Both the position numbers and the translations under genes were made by a program. The notes beneath the pieces were generated by a model, which was not told the DNA's origin, ran no database searches, and saw only the letters and a list, made by a program, of their open reading frames with translations. From a virus, in IMG/VR virus record IMGVR_UViG_3300033143_005712, positions 1,544 to 65,543 of that record: a stretch of DNA of 64,000 bases. The stretch is one strand, 5' to 3'. Positions 17,213 to 26,154 of the stretch are shown here, in pieces; positions within the stretch are counted from its first letter, which is position 1; every line of letters starts with the position of its first letter.

Positions 17213-18267
17213 TGAAGAAGCCAGTTAATTATGTAGACCATATTGCTGTCAGAGATGAAAATGCTGTTTTTGGTGTAGAACGAGAAGCTGGCACTATCAT
17301 TTATGACAAAGCAAATGAGAAGGCTTATACGCTTTTGAAACCTGCTAACAAGTGGGAATGTTTAGCATCATTCTCTGACAAAAGAGGATTCTTTATAAGA
17401 GTTCCTGCCGAAATGCAAATAGAAATAAAAGCAGGAGAAACAGAATTTGGAATAGAATCCAATCAACCTTTCACGGTAGATGATGTTGAATATGCTGCTG
17501 GTGAACATGTTATTAGTGGAACAGCAGAGACAGAAATAGCTATTGTTATTAAACACACAAATGCTTCCACGATAGTAAAATTAAACTATAATGAACTTAG
17601 TACTGTTGATACTGTAACAATAAGCAATTTGGGAAATATGACAATATTAGACCAGATTTGTGGTTTTATGCCATCACTTACTTCTCTTACTATCAGTGCT
17701 GATACATCAGGTATTACAAGTATGATACAAGGATTTTTTGGTTGTACAGGATTAACAACATTTCCACTAATTGATGTTTCTGCTGTTACAGAGTTCTATG
17801 CTACTTGGCAGGGTTGTACTGGAATGATAACATTTCCCGAATTAGATTATTCAGCAGCATTATCACTTGAAAGTACTTTTACTGAGTGTTCAGTTCTCAC
17901 AAGTATTTCCTTAACTAATGTAGACAATGTTGTTAATATGCTAAATACATTCAGAGATTGTGCATTATTAACAGACATTACTATGGATACTATACCACCT
18001 TTGACTTCAGCAACTGCTATATTCAGAGGTTGTTCTGTATTAACTTCTGCACCTGCTTTAGACTTTTCAGCTTGTGATACTCTATATTCTATATACAGAG
18101 ATTGTGTGCTTCTTACATGCATTGATGGAACAATAGATGCAACAGCTACAGGAGGAGACACAGGAAGTATGTTTGATGCAACTACTGTTCTTGCTATACC
18201 TGATGCAGGAGAACAAGCTACTATTCTTGCAGGTGGAACTTGGACTAATTCTGGAACTTGTCCGTAA
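17212..18267 (+). CDS. Fibre/adhesin with BspA/DUF285-like leucine-rich repeats
   Basis: Shared N-module, then ~22-aa repeats (F.GC..LT.FP.LD.S) at ~17700-18120. Confidence 0.75.
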   Translation: MKKPVNYVDHIAVRDENAVFGVEREAGTIIYDKANEKAYTLLKPANKWECLASFSDKRGFFIRVPAEMQIEIKAGETEFGIESNQPFTVDDVEYAAGEHVISGTAETEIAIVIKHTNASTIVKLNYNELSTVDTVTISNLGNMTILDQICGFMPSLTSLTISADTSGITSMIQGFFGCTGLTTFPLIDVSAVTEFYATWQGCTGMITFPELDYSAALSLESTFTECSVLTSISLTNVDNVVNMLNTFRDCALLTDITMDTIPPLTSATAIFRGCSVLTSAPALDFSACDTLYSIYRDCVLLTCIDGTIDATATGGDTGSMFDATTVLAIPDAGEQATILAGGTWTNSGTCP

Positions 18268-18278
18268 AAACTGAAACT

Positions 18279-18794
18279 ATGCAACCAAAGAAGTTAGACC
18301 ATATATCGGTAAAAGATGACCATGAAATTTTTGGTACTCCCAGAGATGCAGGAACTACTGTATATGATAAAAATGATAAAAAGACTTATTTACTATTGAG
18401 TGTAACATTAAGTTGGGAATGTTTAGCTTCTTTTGATAGCAAAAAAGAACTTGTAAAAATAACTGGTATAATAATAGAATTAACAGTAGGACAAGAGTTA
18501 GGTAGTTCATGGGGATTTAAGGATGGAGATTATGGAAGTATAGACCCAGATAATATTGAAGGTCTTGTAATTATACAGTTAGCTTCAGCCAGTGAAATAT
18601 TCAGATTAATTTTTTTTGGTAATGTAAAATATGATAATAATGACACATTAAATTTAGAATTTGAAGGATATTCTAATAATCCTGTTCTTGTAACTTGGGA
18701 AGAAGAGTATTATACAAAAAGTGATGAAGATTTAGATAATTGGCTTTCATCAAATAATGGAAATATAATAGATATAATAATATCAATACCATAA
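18279..18794 (+). CDS. Fibre/adhesin paralog 2 (shared N-module, different C-domain)
   Basis: MQPKKLDHISVKDDHEIFGTPRDAGTTVYDK...; ATG at 18279 preferred over the TTG start in the track. Confidence 0.75.
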   Translation: MQPKKLDHISVKDDHEIFGTPRDAGTTVYDKNDKKTYLLLSVTLSWECLASFDSKKELVKITGIIIELTVGQELGSSWGFKDGDYGSIDPDNIEGLVIIQLASASEIFRLIFFGNVKYDNNDTLNLEFEGYSNNPVLVTWEEEYYTKSDEDLDNWLSSNNGNIIDIIISIP

Positions 18795-18797
18795 ATT

Positions 18798-19310
18798 ATG
18801 CAACCAAAAATCCTAAATCACATATCAGTCAAAGATGAGAATGCAGTCTTCGGAATCATGCGTGAAGCAGGAACTACTATTTATGATAAGAAGAATAAAA
18901 AAACTTATCTTCTGTTGAAAACAGCATTAAGCCTTGAATCACTGACTTCTTTCGATAATAAAAAAGAATTAAGAAAACCAGTAATTGCAACTACAACAAT
19001 GGAAGTTGGTAGTGATTCTGGTAATTTTGGTTATCAGCGTGCTGGATTTGGAACGCTTAATCCTACAACTATTGATGGTATTGTTGTTGATAGAATTGAT
19101 ACATTATCAGTAGGCATTATTACAATTATAGAGTTCTCAGCAATGTCTAAAATAAATGAACTTGATATTATAACAGTAGATTTTGGTGCTATTCATACTG
19201 GAAAAGTTTTTACTTGGCAAGGAGCAAATTATGTACTTAGTGATGCAGCTTTATCTGCATTCATTGAATCTGAAGATAGAAATGATATTATATTAACATT
19301 TACAGTATAG
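18798..19310 (+). CDS. Fibre/adhesin paralog 3 (shared N-module)
   Basis: MQPKILNHISVKDENAVFGIMREAGTTIYDK...; C-domain weakly similar to paralog 2 (G..GF...G.G.I.P..I.G). Confidence 0.75.
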   Translation: MQPKILNHISVKDENAVFGIMREAGTTIYDKKNKKTYLLLKTALSLESLTSFDNKKELRKPVIATTTMEVGSDSGNFGYQRAGFGTLNPTTIDGIVVDRIDTLSVGIITIIEFSAMSKINELDIITVDFGAIHTGKVFTWQGANYVLSDAALSAFIESEDRNDIILTFTV

Positions 19311-19322
19311 AATCAACAAATT

Positions 19323-20894
19323 ATGGCCGTTTCTGTAACAGCAAATCTTACAACAGTAGCTCAGGGAGAATCCACTGATGCTGGTACTTGGAGTGGAAAC
19401 TCAGGAGGCTATGATACAGAGGTATTTTATCAGAACACAGCCTCTTATACTTGGCAAGCATCTAAAAATGCTCGTACTAATTGTACTTATACTCCAACTA
19501 CTAATATTGATATGTCAGGAACTGACAATCATTTGTATTGGTGGGCACAAAATGCTGTTGCTTCATTTATGGAGAATAAAACGACAGGAACTGTCAATAC
19601 GTCAGGTTATATGATTCGTCTGACAGATGGCACAGGTAATTATAAAGAATGGCATATAGCAGGTAAGGATACTTGGGGAGGGGAGTGGAAATGTTTTGTA
19701 TTGGATGTATCTTCATCAACAGATGTATATACAAGTAGTGGAGCATTAGACCTTTCAGACATAGATGTTATTACTTGGTATGTTGATATTTCAAATTCAG
19801 GCAATATTCGCATTATTGATAATCAATGGAATGATGTAGTAAGATTTGGAACTGGATTGACAGCAACAGGAACAGACTTTAATATCGAAGATATATGGAC
19901 TGATGATTATCTTCTTGCAAATAAGTATGGGATTCTTGAAAGAGTAGGAAATACGTTCTTTTCAAAAGGTAAGATTATTATTGGAGATGGTGCAACTACA
20001 ACTGTACTTGATTCAGAGGATGAAAAACTGGAGTTTCTTGCAAGAGAAGCTACCGGTGAAGGTCAAGTATCAGATACCCTTTATGAGTTCAAAACTACTG
20101 GTTCAGGATGTATAGCAGTTATAAATAACTTGATTATTTCAGGTGGTAGTATAAATTCTGCAGGAAGATTCTATCTTGATTTATCAGATATCAATGCTGA
20201 TACTACATTTGATGGATGTATTGTTACTTTAGCTGGATTGACAGAAGGCTGTTCTGCTACAGATAGTGATGGATGTGTATTTAACAACTGTCTGCAAATA
20301 TCACCAAAAACAGGAATTTTTACAAATCATACTATAAAGAATTATGTAGGAACAGATGGAGCAATATTGTTTCCAACTGATGATACAAACATATCAAATC
20401 TAACATTTATCAATTGTGACAATGGAGTTGAATATGATGCTACATCTGATTCAACAACTCCTACATTTTATAATTTTACCTTTGATGATGAAGCAGGAAA
20501 TTATGATGTAAATAATACCAGTGGAGCAGTAGAAACAATTACAATCTCAGGTGGTGGAAATGCAAATTCATACAATCCTGCTGGAGATATTATAACATTC
20601 AGTAATCCAAAATCATTCAAATTTACAGTTAGTCCATCAATAATAGATTATGAATGGAGAATTTACTCAGTAACAGCATTAGGAAGCTTAGATGGTTCAG
20701 TAGAACTTGATGGAGAGGAAAATGCAACTGCAGACAACCAAACATATAATTATACTTATTCTTCAGATATTCCTATTGCAGTACAAATAATTTCTCAACC
20801 TGACCACGATTATGAAGAAGAAATACAGTACTTTACATTAGTATCAACCAATCAGGATGTAGGCATTGTTTTAACACCAGATAATAATAACTAA
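19323..20894 (+). CDS. Beta-rich tail-associated protein (carbohydrate-binding-like N-domain, beta-helix-like middle)
   Basis: Trp/Thr/Asn-rich jelly-roll-like N-terminus; repeated F.NC/DGC segments. Confidence 0.55.
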   Translation: MAVSVTANLTTVAQGESTDAGTWSGNSGGYDTEVFYQNTASYTWQASKNARTNCTYTPTTNIDMSGTDNHLYWWAQNAVASFMENKTTGTVNTSGYMIRLTDGTGNYKEWHIAGKDTWGGEWKCFVLDVSSSTDVYTSSGALDLSDIDVITWYVDISNSGNIRIIDNQWNDVVRFGTGLTATGTDFNIEDIWTDDYLLANKYGILERVGNTFFSKGKIIIGDGATTTVLDSEDEKLEFLAREATGEGQVSDTLYEFKTTGSGCIAVINNLIISGGSINSAGRFYLDLSDINADTTFDGCIVTLAGLTEGCSATDSDGCVFNNCLQISPKTGIFTNHTIKNYVGTDGAILFPTDDTNISNLTFINCDNGVEYDATSDSTTPTFYNFTFDDEAGNYDVNNTSGAVETITISGGGNANSYNPAGDIITFSNPKSFKFTVSPSIIDYEWRIYSVTALGSLDGSVELDGEENATADNQTYNYTYSSDIPIAVQIISQPDHDYEEEIQYFTLVSTNQDVGIVLTPDNNN

Positions 20895-21247
20895 TGAAAA
20901 AAATAGAACTTGCAACAGCATATGCAAATCAACAATCTCCAAACGGAGATAGACAGGATTGGAAGATATTCAATACTGACAATGAAGAATTACATTCCTT
21001 TCCAAAGGAATATACAGAAAAGCAGATTATGGCTGCAGTTCATTTTGCAAGAAAATTTGAATTGATTGCGTTTAATAAAGGTATTGAATTTCAAAAGGAG
21101 AAAGCTCCAAAAGAATTAGTAGCTTTACAAAAGATAGTAAAAACTTTTCAAAACGACAGGAAAAAAATGATAGAACGTAATTTGGAACTTGCAAATGAAC
21201 TTGACAATTTGAATAATCAATTGGATGAATTAACAATTAAAAATTAA
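20894..21247 (+). CDS. Hypothetical protein with C-terminal coiled coil
   Basis: Heptad pattern LELANELDNLNNQLDEL; stop/start coupled. Confidence 0.65.
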   Translation: MKKIELATAYANQQSPNGDRQDWKIFNTDNEELHSFPKEYTEKQIMAAVHFARKFELIAFNKGIEFQKEKAPKELVALQKIVKTFQNDRKKMIERNLELANELDNLNNQLDELTIKN

Positions 21248-21252
21248 ATATT

Positions 21253-23283
21253 ATGATACCAGAACTGATAGACCTAACAAATTATTTCACCCATCTTGTT
21301 CAAAGTACTGCCAGCAGAAGTGGGTCTCCTGATGGAAACATTTTCTTTGACACAACGAATGGACGCATTGAACTGATAACTGCCGAAGAATTAGCTACTG
21401 TAGACCTATCAGGAGGTATAGGAACTGGAGCAATTCAAATTGATGTAGTGGCCACAGCAGGTACTTTCACAAGACTCTCTGGAAGCTTTTTAGATGATGG
21501 ATTTATAGCTGACAGGTCATTTATTTCAAGTGTTTTTACTGAAGGAGGTAATAATAATACTTTTATAATTGAATCAGTAACAGCTCTTGTTATTACTGTA
21601 ACTGATAATACTGGCTTAGTAGATGAAACTGGCGGTGGAGATGAAGAAATTGACAGTGTTGCTGAAGATAATCCACTTACTCAACAGCTTGGAATTAAAA
21701 AAGAGGGATTGTATGCTTTTGAAAATCAGGAACGTAGAGTAGACGAAGAATTACGTAAGTTTGACAGATACTTTAAAGGTAGTTTCAAATTTGCTGGTGC
21801 TTATGAGCTTATCAGTGGGATGAAATATGATGATGCAGATGGTACTGATAGTGGACTTGCACTTAATTCAGCAGGAGATTCTGATGACAGAGTAAAAATC
21901 AGAGCATCAGGATGGATTGAAAGAGATACTGCAGGAGCTATTGGAAGAATTTACTATGGTGTAAAATCACTTGGTAATATTGAATTACTTTCTCAACCTT
22001 ATTACCAATTAGAAGATGGAGCAGTACCTGTTGATTTTGCAAAAGATGGAGACATTGACGAAGCTATCCAAGTATACGGAGATAATGACATAGATGTAAA
22101 TGCTTATGATACAACTGTAACTACTGGTGCTGCTCAGACAATTGATGTAGATAAAGAAACAGGAACATTTACAAGGTCAGCAGGAGATTATGAATCAGAT
22201 GGATTTATAGTTGGACATCGTTTTGAAGCTGCGGGATTAACCCTTAACACTGAAACTTATACAGTTGCTTCTGTTACAACAACAGTAATTACTATTATAG
22301 CTGAAGAGTGGACACTCCTTACTGATGAAACAGGAGATGCTGATGAAGCCCTTACTGTAACAGGAATTGATGTAAGAACATATCTTTCAAATAAGATTCG
22401 CACATTTGCTTACAACTATGATGAAAAAGTTCTTGCAGATTCAGGAGTATCACAAATGGATGGATACTATTCAGGATTTGCTCTTGGTGAATCTTCTCAT
22501 CTTACAACAGGAAATTATACTCTTGCTGATGTTTATGGTGGTGCTCAAGTATCACCTTGGACAGGAATGGGACTTGAAGAACTCGATGTTGCACAAGAAG
22601 AAGGAGGATTTACAACTGCTAATGGATTTTTTACATGGGTAGTTAACAATACTGTTCCCGGTAATCTTGACCAAGTTGTTGCATTCCTTGATGCTCTTGC
22701 TCAGACAGATGATGATATCAATGACCATCTTAGTAATGTTACAAATGGAAAAAGAGTTGGTACTTGGTACACATATTCTGCCGAAGGTAAAATTCAACCG
22801 AGAGTTGGTACAGGAGCAGCAGGAGAAGGACTGTTTATTGAACAACTTGTAGGTACAGATAAAAACAGGGTTATCTTTACAGATGATGCTGGAAATACTA
22901 AAATATATCCTTCATATTCCAATGTTAGTGTAGCTGTCGGAGCTGATGCTGTAGGTGATACATTATCTTGGTTTCATGCTTTCTTCCTTGATGGCCCTGC
23001 AGGAGCTGATTATAATACATCATTAGCACTTACTGTTGAAGATGCAAGTTCAGTGGAAATAAAAGGTAATGTGAATGGTTCAGGATTCAGAACAGGAAAT
23101 AACATTCTCTTTGAATTTGACTGGTATCTTGACATTATAGGAGGCCCAATTGAAACAGATAAAGATTGTGTGTTTTTATGTGAAGGAGATGGTGGAGTTA
23201 CTCAAGCTAAAACAATTTTCACATTAACGAATGCTGCATCAATTACAGCATCTTGTACACCATTAGTTGAAAACAATGTATAA
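21253..23283 (+). CDS. Virion structural protein with two internal ~75-aa repeats
   Basis: Repeats GTFTR.G.F..DGF...VT..VIT....L.DETG..DE at ~21427-21660 and ~22127-22365. Confidence 0.65.
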   Translation: MIPELIDLTNYFTHLVQSTASRSGSPDGNIFFDTTNGRIELITAEELATVDLSGGIGTGAIQIDVVATAGTFTRLSGSFLDDGFIADRSFISSVFTEGGNNNTFIIESVTALVITVTDNTGLVDETGGGDEEIDSVAEDNPLTQQLGIKKEGLYAFENQERRVDEELRKFDRYFKGSFKFAGAYELISGMKYDDADGTDSGLALNSAGDSDDRVKIRASGWIERDTAGAIGRIYYGVKSLGNIELLSQPYYQLEDGAVPVDFAKDGDIDEAIQVYGDNDIDVNAYDTTVTTGAAQTIDVDKETGTFTRSAGDYESDGFIVGHRFEAAGLTLNTETYTVASVTTTVITIIAEEWTLLTDETGDADEALTVTGIDVRTYLSNKIRTFAYNYDEKVLADSGVSQMDGYYSGFALGESSHLTTGNYTLADVYGGAQVSPWTGMGLEELDVAQEEGGFTTANGFFTWVVNNTVPGNLDQVVAFLDALAQTDDDINDHLSNVTNGKRVGTWYTYSAEGKIQPRVGTGAAGEGLFIEQLVGTDKNRVIFTDDAGNTKIYPSYSNVSVAVGADAVGDTLSWFHAFFLDGPAGADYNTSLALTVEDASSVEIKGNVNGSGFRTGNNILFEFDWYLDIIGGPIETDKDCVFLCEGDGGVTQAKTIFTLTNAASITASCTPLVENNV

Positions 23284-23285
23284 GA

Positions 23286-23828
23286 ATGGCTATAATCGGT
23301 TATATAGATGGCCTAAACAGGAGAATATATCTTGATGTAAGTACCATTAATACAGAAATTGACCCGATGGATATTTACAAAGAGATGAGAACTCTGCGTA
23401 GAACTGACGAATCATTAAGAAATTTTGACCTCTTTCTCAGTGCTTCAGGTTACGAATCTAAAGGTGGGGGTAAGTTTACTGCAAAACTTGTAAAGTGTTT
23501 GCTTGGAACAAGAATAGTACCCTATGATTATGCAACGTATCATGAAATTACGATTACAGGTGAAATTATCACTGATGATGGTCAATCTGGAATTGCTTGT
23601 TTTGATAGGACACCATTGACTCCGGGCAACACTGTTGACATAAATTATGTACCACCTCAAGTTGAAGTAATAGAAGTGGATGTACCAACAGCTACTGAAC
23701 CATTAACAGAAGAACAAATAAGAAGTGCTGTTTGGAATGCAGAAACTAGTAAATATAATGTATTTGGTACTTTTGGAAAGAAAATAGCAACCATAGCTAG
23801 ATATATAGCAGTAAGAAAAGTAAAATGA
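23286..23828 (+). CDS. Structural protein partnering the upstream gene
   Basis: IDGLNRRIYL...DIYKEMR pattern; tightly linked. Confidence 0.6.
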   Translation: MAIIGYIDGLNRRIYLDVSTINTEIDPMDIYKEMRTLRRTDESLRNFDLFLSASGYESKGGGKFTAKLVKCLLGTRIVPYDYATYHEITITGEIITDDGQSGIACFDRTPLTPGNTVDINYVPPQVEVIEVDVPTATEPLTEEQIRSAVWNAETSKYNVFGTFGKKIATIARYIAVRKVK

Positions 23829-24145
23829 TGAATATAAAAAAAACGGGAAGCTGGTTTAAAGACAACCTTGTTGGTATTATTATAGGATGTCTACTTGCCT
23901 TTATTGCATGGAGTCAAAAATCTTACATTGAAGGCCAGCAAAAACTAAATATTATACAACAAGAATTGAATCTTGAATTCATAAGTTCTACTGTTTTTAA
24001 CAAAGGAAAATGTGAAATACTTGATGGTAAAGTAGCCTTAAATTCTGATGTTAATCTATCGCAGGGAGTAACATTATTGTTCTATGGTCAAGAACTTGTT
24101 AAACATGATGTAGAAATTAAACATTTACAAGAAGATAAAAAATAG
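23825..24145 (+). CDS. Single-TM plus coiled-coil protein at the start of the lysis cassette
   Basis: TM segment LVGIIIGCLLAFIAW followed by heptads. Confidence 0.55.
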   Translation: MMNIKKTGSWFKDNLVGIIIGCLLAFIAWSQKSYIEGQQKLNIIQQELNLEFISSTVFNKGKCEILDGKVALNSDVNLSQGVTLLFYGQELVKHDVEIKHLQEDKK

Positions 24146-24155
24146 GAGGTTAAAA

Positions 24156-24401
24156 ATGAAAGAAGGAATAACAGGATTTTTGTATGAAACTCCAACAAAA
24201 AAATCAAGTAAAAGACTGATAGCATTGCTTTTCGCAATTTACTCAATGATAATGAGTGCAGTAGTATATTGGATATCAGGAGAATATGTTGCATTTATTG
24301 CAGTATGGGGTGCAACAACAGCAACTGTACTTATTCTTATAGGTGTCGGTAAAGCACAAGAGAATGAAAGAAAGCAAATTGAAAATGGAAATAAAGAATA
24401 A
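24156..24401 (+). CDS. Putative holin (2 TM)
   Basis: 81 aa, two hydrophobic helices, charged C-tail, directly upstream of the endolysin. Confidence 0.7.
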   Translation: MKEGITGFLYETPTKKSSKRLIALLFAIYSMIMSAVVYWISGEYVAFIAVWGATTATVLILIGVGKAQENERKQIENGNKE

Positions 24402-24838
24402 TGGAACTACATGGAACATCATTTGTAATTGAAGAATTTGTACCTCCTATAACTTATGGAAAATGGGGTAACCGGTCAACATGGTTTATAAACATGAAGG
24501 TTGTCCTTTTCTCCCAATGGTTAAAAGACAGATGTGGAGATGCTTCAGTTACAATCAATGATTGGAAATGGGGTGGCCCATATCAATATTCAGGCTATAG
24601 ACCACCTGACTGTGACATAGGAGCAAAAGAATCTTCTCACAAAAGAGGTCTTGCTATTGATGTCAAAGTTAAAGGTTGGCATCCTGATAGAATTCGCAAG
24701 CTTATAAAGGATAACTTCAAGTTTCTTAATGAAAAGTTTGAAGTTTCTGGTTATGAGCTTGATACACCTACTTGGACTCATATTGATTTCAGGTGGACTA
24801 ACAGTACTGTAATTTACGAAATACGAATACCAAAATGA
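24401..24838 (+). CDS. Endolysin, peptidase M15 family Zn peptidase
   Basis: SGYRPP...SSHKRGLAID...WTHID: H-x6-D plus distal H zinc ligands. Confidence 0.85.
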   Translation: MELHGTSFVIEEFVPPITYGKWGNRSTWFINMKVVLFSQWLKDRCGDASVTINDWKWGGPYQYSGYRPPDCDIGAKESSHKRGLAIDVKVKGWHPDRIRKLIKDNFKFLNEKFEVSGYELDTPTWTHIDFRWTNSTVIYEIRIPK

Positions 24839-25530
24839 AAACAAAAATATCTTATATAGTAATAGCAATACTTGCTATAGTTATCATATTAATGATATTC
24901 TTTCGTGGTAATATAATGGACAAAATTGGAGAATCTCAAGTAGTTGTAACTACCCTAGAGATTCAGGATGAAGCTCTTCTGAAAGAAGTTATTGAGTATC
25001 GAAAATCTGTACCAATAATACTAGCAAAGGTTGATAGTCTTGAAGAGGTAATTGAGGATGGAAAGAAGGAAATCATTGAAATCCATACTATCTATAAACA
25101 GCAGATTCAAATTATAAAAGAGAATGATGTTTGTGAAGATATGGAGTTCTTTAATGAATATCTTGGTATTCGTGATACTCTACCTAAACTGGCAAAAATA
25201 GAGGGAAAGAAGGTAGTAATTATTAGTAAAGAACAACTCAAGAAGAGCAACTTAACATTTGTAAGTCACGATGCTTATACTCAAGAAAGAGTAGTATTAC
25301 TTGAGAATGCTGAAAACTATGAACTTGCTATTGATGAACTACAAGCAGCAAATGATACCTTAAGTGTGGTAGTAATAAAACAAGATGTAAGAATTGAATT
25401 GAATAAAGATATCATTGTGGAAAAAGATAAGCAAATAGGTTTCTTCAAGAAAAGAGGCACAAAAAGAACAATAGGTGCTATCTTTGTTGGTATAGTGATT
25501 GGTGGAACTGCAGTATTAATTTTAAAATAA
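24835..25530 (+). CDS. Spanin-like membrane-anchored coiled-coil protein
   Basis: N-terminal TM, long coiled coils, C-terminal TM; follows the endolysin. Confidence 0.6.
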   Translation: MKTKISYIVIAILAIVIILMIFFRGNIMDKIGESQVVVTTLEIQDEALLKEVIEYRKSVPIILAKVDSLEEVIEDGKKEIIEIHTIYKQQIQIIKENDVCEDMEFFNEYLGIRDTLPKLAKIEGKKVVIISKEQLKKSNLTFVSHDAYTQERVVLLENAENYELAIDELQAANDTLSVVVIKQDVRIELNKDIIVEKDKQIGFFKKRGTKRTIGAIFVGIVIGGTAVLILK

Positions 25531-25537
25531 TAAAGTT

Positions 25538-26098
25538 ATGTCAATTTTTTCAGAAAGAATAAAAAGACTCGGTAACAGATTTGGTGTAAGAAATGTTAGT
25601 GACCTGAAGGATATTACAGGCAAGGAAACTTACTATGATTATGCAGTCTTGTTAGGTAGTTGGGCTGCAAATGATGGTGATGCTAGAGAATACTATTATG
25701 ATGTAGATTCTCATGCAACAAGTGATGATGATTATGTCGTAAGACCTAACAGTATTGATAATGATACACTACCCGGAAGATGGTTGAAAGTAAGAAAAAG
25801 AGGTACTATCATGTATAATGATGAACATTATATTGCTAGTGTAGCTGATACTCAATTTGTAGTTACTCATGATTTAGATACTAGAGAAGTAGGAGTTCAG
25901 GTTTGGATACTAAATCAAACCAATGGTGATTTTACAAGTGCTGATATACTATTAACACCGGGAGTTGCCAATTATGTTGGTAATTTAAACATAGGAATCG
26001 AGAGTGCTTCAACAGTTAGGATTGTTATTGAGACTCCTATTGTTGCTAGTTACAGAACTGTAATATTTGCTTCTAGTGCTCTTATGACTCCTCCGTAA
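25538..26098 (+). CDS. Tailspike-N-domain-like structural protein
   Basis: YYYDVDSHATSDDDYVVRP...GRWLK resembles the F.WD...T..DDG..V.P....GRW motif of tailspike N-domains. Confidence 0.5.
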   Translation: MSIFSERIKRLGNRFGVRNVSDLKDITGKETYYDYAVLLGSWAANDGDAREYYYDVDSHATSDDDYVVRPNSIDNDTLPGRWLKVRKRGTIMYNDEHYIASVADTQFVVTHDLDTREVGVQVWILNQTNGDFTSADILLTPGVANYVGNLNIGIESASTVRIVIETPIVASYRTVIFASSALMTPP

Positions 26099-26142
26099 AA
26101 AAGAAAATTAATAATTATTAAGGATTTTCTTTGCTTTGTGAG

Positions 26143-26150
26143 TATATTTG
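26143..26150 (+). promoter_or_regulatory. Bacteroidota -7 element TATATTTG
   Basis: TATATTTGTAAG immediately before the ATG at 26155; TTTG tetramers upstream but at short spacing. Confidence 0.55.
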
Positions 26151-26154
26151 TAAG

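Noticed and set aside
17021-19310. Diversity-generating retroelement or invertible cassette acting on the fibre genes
   Set aside because: No reverse transcriptase, recombinase, near-identical TR/VR pair or flanking inverted repeats in the window; paralog similarity is at protein level only.
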